Assembly: GCA_041694295.1 (NCBI GenBank)
Contig: JASMTM010000008.1
Coordinates: 1 to 36,982 of the forward strand
Direction: 5' to 3'
DNA: 36,982 nt
From: Petrotogales bacterium
GTDB lineage: Bacteria > Thermotogota > Thermotogae > Petrotogales > Kosmotogaceae
Below the pieces are notes generated by a model. The model was not told the DNA's origin. It searched no databases and saw only the letters and a list, made by a program, of their open reading frames with translations. Both the position numbers and the translations under genes were made by a program. This document shows positions 26,371 to 34,996 of the stretch, piece by piece; within the stretch, counting starts at the first letter, position 1, and each line of letters opens with the position of its first letter.

Positions 26371-26640
26371 TTGGAAAATCTAGAAGACAAGAAAAAAGTG
26401 ATAAACAGGTTGAAAAGAGCCGAAGGACAACTAAGAGGGCTTCAAAGGATGATTGAAGAAGACAGAACTTGTACGGATATACTCACTCAGGTTTCCGCCG
26501 TGATATCGGCACTTTCGAAGATTTCTGAAATGATTGCCAAAACCTATGCCAAAAAGTGTGTTCTTGAAATAAATGAAAAGGGAGATCCTTCAAATCTAAA
26601 CGAACTTATAGAGAATCTCATTAACCTGAGAAGAATATAG
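26371..26640 (+). CDS. CsoR/RcnR/FrmR-family (DUF156) transcriptional repressor
   Basis: The 89 aa contain RLKRAEGQLRGLQRMIEEDRTCTDILTQVSAV, which is the family signature. TTG start 6 nt after GAGGTGA, 18 nt after the preceding stop. Confidence 0.85.
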   Translation: MENLEDKKKVINRLKRAEGQLRGLQRMIEEDRTCTDILTQVSAVISALSKISEMIAKTYAKKCVLEINEKGDPSNLNELIENLINLRRI

Positions 26641-26797
26641 AGATCAGGATATTGAAACGCAACAATGTATAATAATGATAATGATTAAAATATAGCTTAT
26701 ATCGAAGCGAGAAATTTTTTGTTTGAAGAGAGTGTGTATATTTTAAAAAATAGTTTTCTTTGGATATAGATTCAGAGAAACCACGGGAGGATTGACT

Positions 26798-28015
26798 ATG
26801 AAGAGAAACTTAATAAGAGTTTCAATTGTAATATCATTATTGGTTGTTGTTTTCACTTTAGGAGCGTTTAAAGATCTAACAGACTATGAAAAAAGGAACA
26901 AATTCGAACCAGTTTTTGAAATATTAAATTATATAGAAGACAATTATTATGATATTGATAAAGTGGATTACGACAACATACTGAACGAAACCCTTACAGG
27001 AACGATGAAAGGGTTAAACGATCCTTTTGCATGGTATTTTACCCCAAGAATGACTCAAGAAAACAAAATAGATACAGAATCAAAGTATGGCGGGATCGGA
27101 GCAGTAGTAACGTATAATTCTCAATATGAATGTCTTGAAGTGGTTTCACCGATGGAAGGCTCTCCAGCCAGAAAGGCGGGGCTTAAAGTAGGAGACTTAA
27201 TTGTAACTATAGATGGGCATGATGTTGCTGAAACAGGATATTACGAATCAGTAGACCTGCTAAGAGGTGAACCCGGTACAGAAGTCACGGTAGAGGTTTA
27301 CAGGGATAATTTAGAAGAGCCACTTATAATAACCATCTTAAGGGAAAGAATTGAAATCAAAACAGTTAAATATGCAAAATTTGATTATGAAGACGCAGAG
27401 ATCGGTTATATAAGAATAACACAGTTTAGCGAGCCCACTTACAACGAGTTTGCAAGGGCCCTGGGAGAAGTAGTTGACTCAGATGGCTTGATCATTGATT
27501 TGAGAGACAATCCTGGTGGTTTATTGAACAGTGTACTGAATATATCCAGCCTTCTATTGCCTGCTGGCAAGACTGTTATAACGATAGAAGATAGAGATGG
27601 AAGCAAAGAGATCTATCGATCATGGGGCAGTGATGCAGCTAAATATCTAAAAGACAAGCCAATCGTGACTTTGATAAATGAAGGAAGTGCTTCGGGTTCT
27701 GAAATCCTTACCGGTGCGCTCAAGGATCATGATTTGGCGACGATTATAGGGACAACAACATTTGGAAAAGCTGCTGTTCAAACAGTGTATGATGTGTCAA
27801 ATGGTGGCGAGATCTGGTTACCGACAGCCCACTATCTAACTCCAAATGGTTCTGATATTCATTTAAAGGGTATTTCGCCTGACATTACTGTTGATACAAC
27901 AGAAACGATAATCGATTCGAATGAAGGAATGACTACAACCGAAGCCAATATTGATTTTGATAAAGACGTTCAGTTACAAAAAGGGCTGGAGGTAATTTTA
28001 GAAGAGTTAAAATGA
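26798..28015 (+). CDS. S41-family C-terminal processing peptidase (Ctp) with PDZ domain
   Basis: Has a signal/anchor (LIRVSIVISLLVVVFTLGAF) and a PDZ domain (GSPARKAGLKVGDLIVTIDG). The catalytic Ser context is NEGSASGSEIL and the Lys context TTFGKAAVQ. ATG at 26798, 6 nt after GGGAGGA. Confidence 0.9.
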   Translation: MKRNLIRVSIVISLLVVVFTLGAFKDLTDYEKRNKFEPVFEILNYIEDNYYDIDKVDYDNILNETLTGTMKGLNDPFAWYFTPRMTQENKIDTESKYGGIGAVVTYNSQYECLEVVSPMEGSPARKAGLKVGDLIVTIDGHDVAETGYYESVDLLRGEPGTEVTVEVYRDNLEEPLIITILRERIEIKTVKYAKFDYEDAEIGYIRITQFSEPTYNEFARALGEVVDSDGLIIDLRDNPGGLLNSVLNISSLLLPAGKTVITIEDRDGSKEIYRSWGSDAAKYLKDKPIVTLINEGSASGSEILTGALKDHDLATIIGTTTFGKAAVQTVYDVSNGGEIWLPTAHYLTPNGSDIHLKGISPDITVDTTETIIDSNEGMTTTEANIDFDKDVQLQKGLEVILEELK

Positions 28016-28036
28016 TGTTCAGAAAATTTTTAATGT

Positions 28037-28111
28037 GCACCTGGGATTAATATTTTAGATTTGCAGCCTTTGAAAATCTGCTGGTTGCTGAGAATTATCC
28101 AGGTGCTTTTT
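28037..28111 (+). terminator. Extended hairpin plus T5, probable terminator of the ctp gene
   Basis: The outer stem GCACCTGG (28037-28044) / CCAGGTGC (28099-28106) encloses TAAT/ATTA (28048-28051 / 28094-28097). It also encloses an inner hairpin AGATTT/AAATCT (28057-28062 / 28074-28079). TTTTT follows at 28107-28111. Confidence 0.45.
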
Positions 28112-28224
28112 ACTGAAATGAACCTGTTTTCTGTGAATTAAATAATTAAAGCCTAATGTAGAAATTTTTATTAGAAGTACGGATTACTTTTCAGTATACC
28201 TTTAAATTTATACCAGGTGAATTT

Positions 28225-30621
28225 ATGAGACAGTTAAGCAGCTTTATCAATAACTACAAAATTCCAATTGTCGCCTTTTTTATTTCGCTGTCGATACTGG
28301 GCGCGTATCTTTCTTCAAAACTTATAGTAAATTCTGACTTAATGAAAATACTGCCACCGGATGATCCCGTGGTCCAGAAATATGAAAACTTTTCTATAAA
28401 CAATAATACATCGAATATATCTTATGTTGTGCTGAAAACAGATTTGAAGAATCAAGATGGGATCAAATCACTCAAGGCAACAGCAGAAAAGATATTTAAC
28501 AGTACTGAAGAGTTTTCACATATTGAAAGCATGGTGCGTTTTGATATTGTCTCAAATCAAGGTCCTTTAGGACTTCTTCTCATAAATCCTGAACAAATTC
28601 AAGATTTCAGTATAGGGAAAGAAATCATGCCAGAAAATCCTGACCGATTGCTTAACTATGATTTTTCTATTTTTCGTGAAATAGGCCTGTCCATTGATTC
28701 TTTTATACAGATAAGTAATCGAATACTGGACGAAAACGAGAACAAACAATTTGAAAGCTACATTAGAATGCCAGAGAATTTTCCAGAAGAAGATCCAATG
28801 ATTCTCGTTATGGGATTCAAACTTGATGGTCCAAGTTCAGATATTTCATATGTACAAAAGGTTGCACCTGAGCTGAGAGAATGGATAGAAAGCAAGGTGA
28901 ATGATCGTAATGTATATTTCAGTATGACTGGAGATCACTTCAATACATATGAATCGCATCAACAGGCCCAGTTTGATTTTACTCTTACAACAATTGTTTC
29001 ATTAATGGGAATAGCTTTGTTATTCTTTTTGGCATATTCCAGTATAAGAATCACATTTTTTATGTTCAGCTCGTTGGCTATTTCGATGTTCCTAACCCTT
29101 GGGATATCATATGTAATTTTTGGTGAACTCAATATAGTAACAACATTTCTCAATGCCATAACACTGGGGCTTGGTATTGATTACGGAATACATATAATCA
29201 CAAGGATGGCTGATGAATCCAAACGGACAGGAGACCCTGTAGAAATTTTATATCGAACTTATAAAGCCACCACTACCCCTCTGCTTGTCAGTGCTCTGAC
29301 TACGGGCTTTGTTTTCATAATCCTTTCTTTTGTTAATGCTCCCGCAATTAGAGAATTGGGTATTCTTACAGCACTCGGTATTCTTGTGTTTTTCACTGTG
29401 ATGTATTTCTTCCTGCCCGCTTTATCGATTACTTCTATAAGTAAAGGTGGGTCTTCAGCCAAAATACATTCGCTTGATAAATATTTCTATTTTCTTTCAA
29501 GGCTTGGAAAGAAATATTCAGGAATTTCCCTGGCCATAGTGGTAGTGCTTATTGTCTTTTTATCTTACTTTGGGGTGCATAACATTCGCAACTTTTCCTA
29601 TACTCCACCTGGATTGATATCGAAAGATTCTGAAACTATGGATTCACTAAGTCTTATTGAGAGAGTGTTTGGCTCTGAGTTGACAAATAATGTACCTTTT
29701 TTTGCAGATAATATTGAAGAATTAAAGGAAATTTCAGATAAACTCAAAGAGAACAAGAATATTGACAGTGTAACTTCCATTCTTGATCTTTTGGGAGAAG
29801 ACGAGGCAAATTTCCTGGAAAATTTCAGACAGGTACTACGTTCGATGGAAACCTTTAGAGATTCTCCTGTTGTAGAATCGTTACTTAAGAAAAATCAATA
29901 TTACGGTCCTCTGGTGGAATTTGTGCAAAAGGCTGAAAATACAAATAATACATCCGAAGTTCTTGATTTAATGATTGGCTATCTACCGGAAGATATTAAA
30001 AGACAGCTGTACTATATTACTCCAAAAGGTGAAGATTACTTTGTTCTTTCAGCCGAACCCAGTCTGAGAATATACCAGGAAAATGGAATAAAAAAACTAT
30101 TTGAAAGTCTTGATGAGTTACAGGATGAAGCAGGAGGTTATCCAAAGGTTTATTATCACATGATGAATCTGGTTAGAAAAATTACAACCCCTGTATCATT
30201 GTTTGCACTGGGCTTTATCTTCTTTGTTATTTATCTGGAAAGAAGGAGTATTTTTGATAGTATCAAATTGATCATTCTGGTAATTGGCGTGCTACTATCT
30301 ATGTTCGGAGTTATGGGGATAATGGGTATAGAGACAACGTTTGTTACTATTATTTCTGCTCCGTTGATTCTTGGAATTGGTGTTGATGGAATGGTACATA
30401 TGATACATGGTGCATCAAAGGACAGACATTATGAATCTGCCCGAACACTGAAATCGGTAACCATGTCAGCAGTAACAACCATGCTCGCCTTTATGAGTTT
30501 CGGACTGGCTCAGGGCAGATTATTGAGATACTTTGGCATGAGCCTTTCAGGAGGGGTTTTAATTTCTCTTATTGTTGCCACTTTTGCTGTTCCTGTGATA
30601 CCATGGAAGAGATTGAAATAG
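28225..30621 (+). CDS. RND-superfamily exporter of the MMPL/HpnN-like type
   Basis: 798 aa with a 1+5 / 1+5 TM architecture and two large extracytoplasmic loops. MMPL-like motifs GLGIDYGIHIITR and GIGVDGMVHMIHG are present. SD AGGTGA. Confidence 0.85.
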   Translation: MRQLSSFINNYKIPIVAFFISLSILGAYLSSKLIVNSDLMKILPPDDPVVQKYENFSINNNTSNISYVVLKTDLKNQDGIKSLKATAEKIFNSTEEFSHIESMVRFDIVSNQGPLGLLLINPEQIQDFSIGKEIMPENPDRLLNYDFSIFREIGLSIDSFIQISNRILDENENKQFESYIRMPENFPEEDPMILVMGFKLDGPSSDISYVQKVAPELREWIESKVNDRNVYFSMTGDHFNTYESHQQAQFDFTLTTIVSLMGIALLFFLAYSSIRITFFMFSSLAISMFLTLGISYVIFGELNIVTTFLNAITLGLGIDYGIHIITRMADESKRTGDPVEILYRTYKATTTPLLVSALTTGFVFIILSFVNAPAIRELGILTALGILVFFTVMYFFLPALSITSISKGGSSAKIHSLDKYFYFLSRLGKKYSGISLAIVVVLIVFLSYFGVHNIRNFSYTPPGLISKDSETMDSLSLIERVFGSELTNNVPFFADNIEELKEISDKLKENKNIDSVTSILDLLGEDEANFLENFRQVLRSMETFRDSPVVESLLKKNQYYGPLVEFVQKAENTNNTSEVLDLMIGYLPEDIKRQLYYITPKGEDYFVLSAEPSLRIYQENGIKKLFESLDELQDEAGGYPKVYYHMMNLVRKITTPVSLFALGFIFFVIYLERRSIFDSIKLIILVIGVLLSMFGVMGIMGIETTFVTIISAPLILGIGVDGMVHMIHGASKDRHYESARTLKSVTMSAVTTMLAFMSFGLAQGRLLRYFGMSLSGGVLISLIVATFAVPVIPWKRLK

Positions 30622-30634
30622 GAGGATAAAAAAT

Positions 30635-31249
30635 ATGCCTGTACACTTGTTGGTTGCTTATATTGTTGCCAATCACGCTTTCGTAAATAATAGCAAACTA
30701 GGTGAAATGAATGAAAAGAGATTTCTATATCAGATACTGTGGGGCGCAGTGGTATTTTTGGCTTTTAGTTTTGATACTTTGTTTACCACACCTAAGGGAA
30801 TTCTTGTGTTTATAATTGCGATTTTGGTATTACCTGTGATCTTATTTTTGCGAACGCGGTTTTCTCAGGATTTCATTGAATTAATGGCAGTTATTGTATA
30901 TGCATTTCTGTCTTTTCTTGCAGCGGATTTGCTACGTTATTCGTTTATCACAGCCCCCTTTGCATGGTATTTGCTGGGAATTTTACTTGTTACGGTTGGT
31001 GTAACTTATTTCTTCAGAAAAGGTATTATCGATTTTCTAAAGAGCGATTCGATAGGAATAACCGAAAGACTTGTAATATTCATTTTTGTTTTTGCGAACA
31101 AAATTGAGTGGGTTATTATTTCTGTGCTAGCGGCAATTGTTTACAGAGTGTTTTTTTCAAAAGAAAGAAAAATTGAATGGGTTCTAAGCCCCGTTATTGG
31201 AGTAGGTTTTTCATTCCTATGGAAATTGATAATGGAGAATATTTTCTGA
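30635..31249 (+). CDS. Polytopic (about 6 TM) membrane protein, unknown family
   Basis: Strong SD (TAGGAGGA) 13 nt after the RND stop. The ORF is hydrophobic throughout and I recognise no motif. Confidence 0.7.
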   Translation: MPVHLLVAYIVANHAFVNNSKLGEMNEKRFLYQILWGAVVFLAFSFDTLFTTPKGILVFIIAILVLPVILFLRTRFSQDFIELMAVIVYAFLSFLAADLLRYSFITAPFAWYLLGILLVTVGVTYFFRKGIIDFLKSDSIGITERLVIFIFVFANKIEWVIISVLAAIVYRVFFSKERKIEWVLSPVIGVGFSFLWKLIMENIF

Positions 31250-31250
31250 T

Positions 31251-31877
31251 ATGAGATATGTTATAGGAGATATTCATGGTTGTTTGAAAAGCCTTAAAAG
31301 ACTTATGAAGAAACTACCTGTTAAGAAAGAAGATGAATTGATTTTTGTAGGCGATTATATTGATAGAGGAAAAGACTCGAAGGGAGTAGTGGATTTTCTT
31401 CTCGATCTTTCAAAAAAATACAGATGTATATTCCTCAGAGGTAATCATGAACAGATGTTGCTGGATTATCTTGATGATAAGAAGATGGGAAGAATCTGGT
31501 ATCTCAACGGGATGGATGCCACTTTGGATAGTTATGGAAATATAAATTCGATTCCTAACGATCATCTTGAATTTTTCAGAAATACTAAATTTTATTATCA
31601 GACAGAGAAATATCTTATTGTTCATGCTGGGGTTCTCCCAGGGAAACCTTTTGAGGAACAAGATGAAATGGAATTGATATGGATAAGAGAAGAATTTATA
31701 TATTGCAAAAAACCGTTATATGATAAAATAATCGTTTTTGGTCATACTCCATTTCTTGATGGACCTTATATTGATAAAACCAAAATTGGAATAGATACTG
31801 GATGCGTTTATGGTGGCAAATTAACAGCTATAAGGCTTGAAGACAGAGAACTTTTTCAGGTTAGTTGTTCAAGGTAG
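31251..31877 (+). CDS. PPP-family metallophosphoesterase (Ser/Thr phosphatase / ApaH-like)
   Basis: Canonical motifs GDIHG, GDYIDRG, RGNHE and GHT are present. It starts 1 nt after the preceding stop. Confidence 0.9.
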   Translation: MRYVIGDIHGCLKSLKRLMKKLPVKKEDELIFVGDYIDRGKDSKGVVDFLLDLSKKYRCIFLRGNHEQMLLDYLDDKKMGRIWYLNGMDATLDSYGNINSIPNDHLEFFRNTKFYYQTEKYLIVHAGVLPGKPFEEQDEMELIWIREEFIYCKKPLYDKIIVFGHTPFLDGPYIDKTKIGIDTGCVYGGKLTAIRLEDRELFQVSCSR

Positions 31878-33332
31878 AGAACCATGTACAGGATTTCCAT
31901 TCACGAAGGTTACCACTGCTTTAGTTTCTGCTAAATCAATCTTCGATGCTTGAAGTAGATCGGTTTTCGTTATAAAGAAATCAGCTTTTTCTCCCACCAA
32001 AAGTCTTCCAGTATCATTTGAGAAACCATGTTTTCTTCCGTTTATCATATATAAATAAAGTATGGTTTTTCTGTCAAAAAAGTTATCTGCAGCGTTAATA
32101 TTTAAAAACGGATTTGGATCTTCCACCGGCGAATCGGTGGATAATGAAAGACTCACTCCTGATTCAAACATTTTTCTGAAAGGATAAGCTTTTTCCCTGT
32201 AACGGTTTTCGCCCAATCTTGCCAGTGCCATTTCGTTATCAGAGATATAAAACACCGGTTGAATCGATGCAATCAAACCAATTTCGGCCATTCTACTAAT
32301 CTGATTATCGGAGGCAACCTGAAGGTGTATCAATCTATGCTTCAATGAACTATTTGGATAATTGCTTAATACATTAAGAGCCAATTCCAGGGCTCTATCG
32401 CCTATGATATGTATCGATAACTGTAATTTCTCCTTTTCACAAAGAGTGAGAATATTATTAAGCTCTCCTTCCGAGTAGTAAAGCAAACCTCTGTTTTCTA
32501 CATCATCGGCATAAGGATCCAATAATGCGCCAGTTCGTGCACCAAATGATCCGTCAAGGAATATCTTTACAGACCCAATTGTAAGGAATTCATTTTCGTA
32601 ATCTGTATAATGTTTGATTTTTTCAATAGAAGACTCAGGAACATTTAATTTTTCAAAGATCTTAATTCTGTTTTGAGCAGACAGGGTATCAAGAAGAGTT
32701 TTCATCTCTACACCATGAAAATCATCGGTATGGACGTGCGTAATACCGAATCCCAAGAGCAAATCTATACCTTTGTTCATAAACTTGTTGATTTCTTGCT
32801 TTGACAGAGTTATCAAATTCTGTGTTTTAATGAGTGCCCTTTCTTTTAAGTAACCTTTTGAGATAACGGTACCATCAAGGCCATCAAACTCCTTTAAATT
32901 GTACTTGTCGATCATTGCACTGTTAACGACTGCCACATGTCCACATCTTCTTTCAAGAATTGCAGGTGTTTCCGGAAAAAATTCATCAAGGTAAACTCGA
33001 TCAGGCATAAATCCAAGTTTATCCTGATCCCAACCTCGTGCATTAAAGATAGTAAGTTCTTCATCACTGCTGGAGTAATTTTTTAGAAGTGAACAGAGTT
33101 TTTCTTTGCTATTTATTTTATCAAGAGATGGAGTTAATTGTCGTTTTCCAGTAGATATTAAATGAAGATGAGAATCCACGAACCCGGGATAAACATAGTA
33201 TCCTCCAATGTCATGAGTTTTTGCACCATCATCATTGTTACTGATAATACTATTTTTAACGACAAGATCACGTTTGTTGAAGGTACCATTCTTGGGATCA
33301 TAAACCATTCCGTTTTTTAACTTTATATTCAT
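31869..33332 (-). CDS. Amidohydrolase-family protein (Amidohydro_3 / YtcJ-like)
   Basis: HxH metal motif (PGFVDSHLHL), IHIIGDRA, and a C-terminal SLSTDSPVEDPNP. Its 3' end overlaps the convergent phosphatase gene by 9 nt. Confidence 0.85.
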   Translation of the reverse strand: MNIKLKNGMVYDPKNGTFNKRDLVVKNSIISNNDDGAKTHDIGGYYVYPGFVDSHLHLISTGKRQLTPSLDKINSKEKLCSLLKNYSSSDEELTIFNARGWDQDKLGFMPDRVYLDEFFPETPAILERRCGHVAVVNSAMIDKYNLKEFDGLDGTVISKGYLKERALIKTQNLITLSKQEINKFMNKGIDLLLGFGITHVHTDDFHGVEMKTLLDTLSAQNRIKIFEKLNVPESSIEKIKHYTDYENEFLTIGSVKIFLDGSFGARTGALLDPYADDVENRGLLYYSEGELNNILTLCEKEKLQLSIHIIGDRALELALNVLSNYPNSSLKHRLIHLQVASDNQISRMAEIGLIASIQPVFYISDNEMALARLGENRYREKAYPFRKMFESGVSLSLSTDSPVEDPNPFLNINAADNFFDRKTILYLYMINGRKHGFSNDTGRLLVGEKADFFITKTDLLQASKIDLAETKAVVTFVNGNPVHGSLP

Positions 33333-33454
33333 GTCTGCAGGTTATTTATATCTACCCGTTCACCTCCTAAAAAACAAATAGAAAATGGTTCTCCTGATAT
33401 TACTATCTGTTTATGTCCATTATATTATTTTTTGAGAGCTATGTGAAAAGTCTA

Positions 33455-33478
33455 AAAAAGCGGGGGAAATCCCCCGCT
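33455..33478 (-). terminator. Rho-independent terminator of gdh
   Basis: Stem AGCGGGGG / CCCCCGCT with loop AAAT (33459-33478). The minus-strand T-run corresponds to the plus-strand A-run at 33454-33459. Confidence 0.8.
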
Positions 33479-33501
33479 TGTGATTTACGTTAATTATACG
33501 A

Positions 33502-34755
33502 TCAGGGATAAATCCCTCTGAGCTTTGTAGCAGTTGCAACACGGTCAATTGCTACTATGTAAGCAGAGGTTCTCATATCTGTTCCGTATTTGTGCATTGT
33601 TTTGACATTGGTATTGAAAGCCTGCCTCATAATTTTGTGGAGGGCTCTTCTTATGTCTTCCAATTCCCAGAAATACCACTGCAAGCCCTGAACCCATTCG
33701 AAATAAGATACTGTTACACCTCCGGCATTGGCAAGGAAATCGGGTACAAAGAAAATGTCTTTGCTTAACAATATATCTTCTGCTTCTGGTGTTACGGGAC
33801 CATTTGCTCCTTCTACGATAACCTTTGCTCTGACATCGTTTGCATTTTTCTCAGTGATTGCATTTTCGAGTGCAGCAGGAACAAGTACGTCTACGTCCAG
33901 CGTAAGCAGGTCTTCATTTGATATTGATTCAGCTTTAGGATAACCTTTTACAAGTCCGTTGTTCGTGTTGGTGTACTCGATTAATTCGTTTATGTCCAAT
34001 CCATTTTCATCGTAAATTCCACCCGAAACATCACTTACGGCAATTATCCTGGATCCAATTTCTTCATGAATAAGTTTGGCAGCGTGTGAGCCAACATTAC
34101 CAAATCCTTGAACTGCCACCGTAGTTTTCTCTGGATCCATGTCTTTATAATTGATCGCCTCTTCTGTTACTACTCTGACCCCTCTTCCAGTTGCTTCTGA
34201 TCTTCCAGCTGAGCCGCCTATTTCAAGAGGTTTACCGGTTACTATGCCGAGTACAGAATGCCCCATATTCATAGAGTAGGTATCCATATACCAGGACATT
34301 ACCTGCGCGTTGGTATTGACATCAGGAGCAGGAATATCTTTGTCTTCTCCAAGTATTACCTGAATTTCCGAAAAGAACCGTCTGGAAAGTCTTTCAAGTT
34401 CACCTTCGCTGAGCTTTGATGGGTCAACTGCGATACCACCTTTTCCACCGCCGTAGGGAATTCCAACCACAGCAGCTTTCCATGTCATCCAGAAAGCCAG
34501 AGCTTTGACTTCGTCAAGTGTTACATCTGCATGGTATCGGATACCGCCCTTTGCTGGACCTCTTGCAATGTTATGCTGTACTCTATGACCTGTGAAGACT
34601 TTGATACTGCCATCGTCCATTCTCACTGGACAGTTAACTGTCAGTTCACGTTTCGGAAAGGAAAGAACCTCCACAAGTGAAGGATCAAGTTCCATTATGT
34701 CCGTAGCCTTTCGGAACTGTCTCAATGCATTTTGATATAAACTTACATCGGCCAC
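33502..34755 (-). CDS. gdhA: Glutamate dehydrogenase
   Basis: Catalytic-Lys motif PYGGGKGGIAVDP, dinucleotide fold VAVQGFGNVGSHAA, and C-terminal ANAGGVTVSYFEWVQ. GTG start 6 nt after GAGGAGGG. Confidence 0.95.
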   Translation of the reverse strand: MADVSLYQNALRQFRKATDIMELDPSLVEVLSFPKRELTVNCPVRMDDGSIKVFTGHRVQHNIARGPAKGGIRYHADVTLDEVKALAFWMTWKAAVVGIPYGGGKGGIAVDPSKLSEGELERLSRRFFSEIQVILGEDKDIPAPDVNTNAQVMSWYMDTYSMNMGHSVLGIVTGKPLEIGGSAGRSEATGRGVRVVTEEAINYKDMDPEKTTVAVQGFGNVGSHAAKLIHEEIGSRIIAVSDVSGGIYDENGLDINELIEYTNTNNGLVKGYPKAESISNEDLLTLDVDVLVPAALENAITEKNANDVRAKVIVEGANGPVTPEAEDILLSKDIFFVPDFLANAGGVTVSYFEWVQGLQWYFWELEDIRRALHKIMRQAFNTNVKTMHKYGTDMRTSAYIVAIDRVATATKLRGIYP

Positions 34756-34794
34756 TAAAAACCCTCCTCTACTGAAATTTGTGCTTTCAGATTA

Positions 34795-34823
34795 ATTGTA
34801 GTCTCACGTGAGTTTGTGAACAA
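34795..34823 (-). promoter_or_regulatory. Candidate gdh promoter with a perfect palindrome in the spacer
   Basis: On the minus strand: TTGTTC (34823-34818), a 17-nt spacer, then TACAAT (34800-34795). The spacer contains CTCACGTGAG (34803-34812). Confidence 0.5.
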
Positions 34824-34977
34824 ACCCACAAATTTGACAAAAGACGGATTTATTTGTAGTTAGTATTGATAAAGTCCTTTATTCGACTACGAGCAGCGTT
34901 AGATTTATTGGTTACACCATCGTCTTGTTTATGGTTCTCCTTAGATTTATACAAAATATAAAAAGGATAAACAAATA

Positions 34978-34996
34978 AGCGCGGTCAAGCCGCGCT
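34978..34996 (-). terminator. Hairpin downstream of tRNA-Arg (probable terminator)
   Basis: Stem AGCGCGG / CCGCGCT with a 5-nt loop, 4 nt after the tRNA 3' end. The minus-strand tail is ttatttgttt and the plus-strand tail tttc. Confidence 0.5.

Noticed and set aside
26652-26673. TTGAAA (26652-26657) and TATAAT (26668-26673) as a promoter for the ctp gene
   Set aside because: The spacer is only 10 nt, too short for a sigma-70 promoter. The TATAAT is better read as part of the AT-rich hexamer repeat reported as a Fur-like site.
33333-33370. Strong SD-like AGGAGGTGA about 25 nt upstream of the amidohydrolase ATG, suggesting a longer N-terminus or a leader peptide
   Set aside because: An in-frame stop (plus-strand tta at 33342-33344) lies between it and the ATG at 33332, so the gene cannot start earlier. 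The only ORF after the SD is 3 codons (GTG AAC GGG TAG). I left it as an oddity, and the amidohydrolase itself has no obvious SD.
34824-34977. Tiny ORFs in the gdh upstream gap: plus-strand MVLLRFIQNIKRINK (15 aa) and a minus-strand frame after TAAGGAGA
   Set aside because: The plus-strand ATG has no SD. The minus-strand SD-like sequence is not followed by ATG, GTG or TTG at a usable distance. Neither can be supported as coding.
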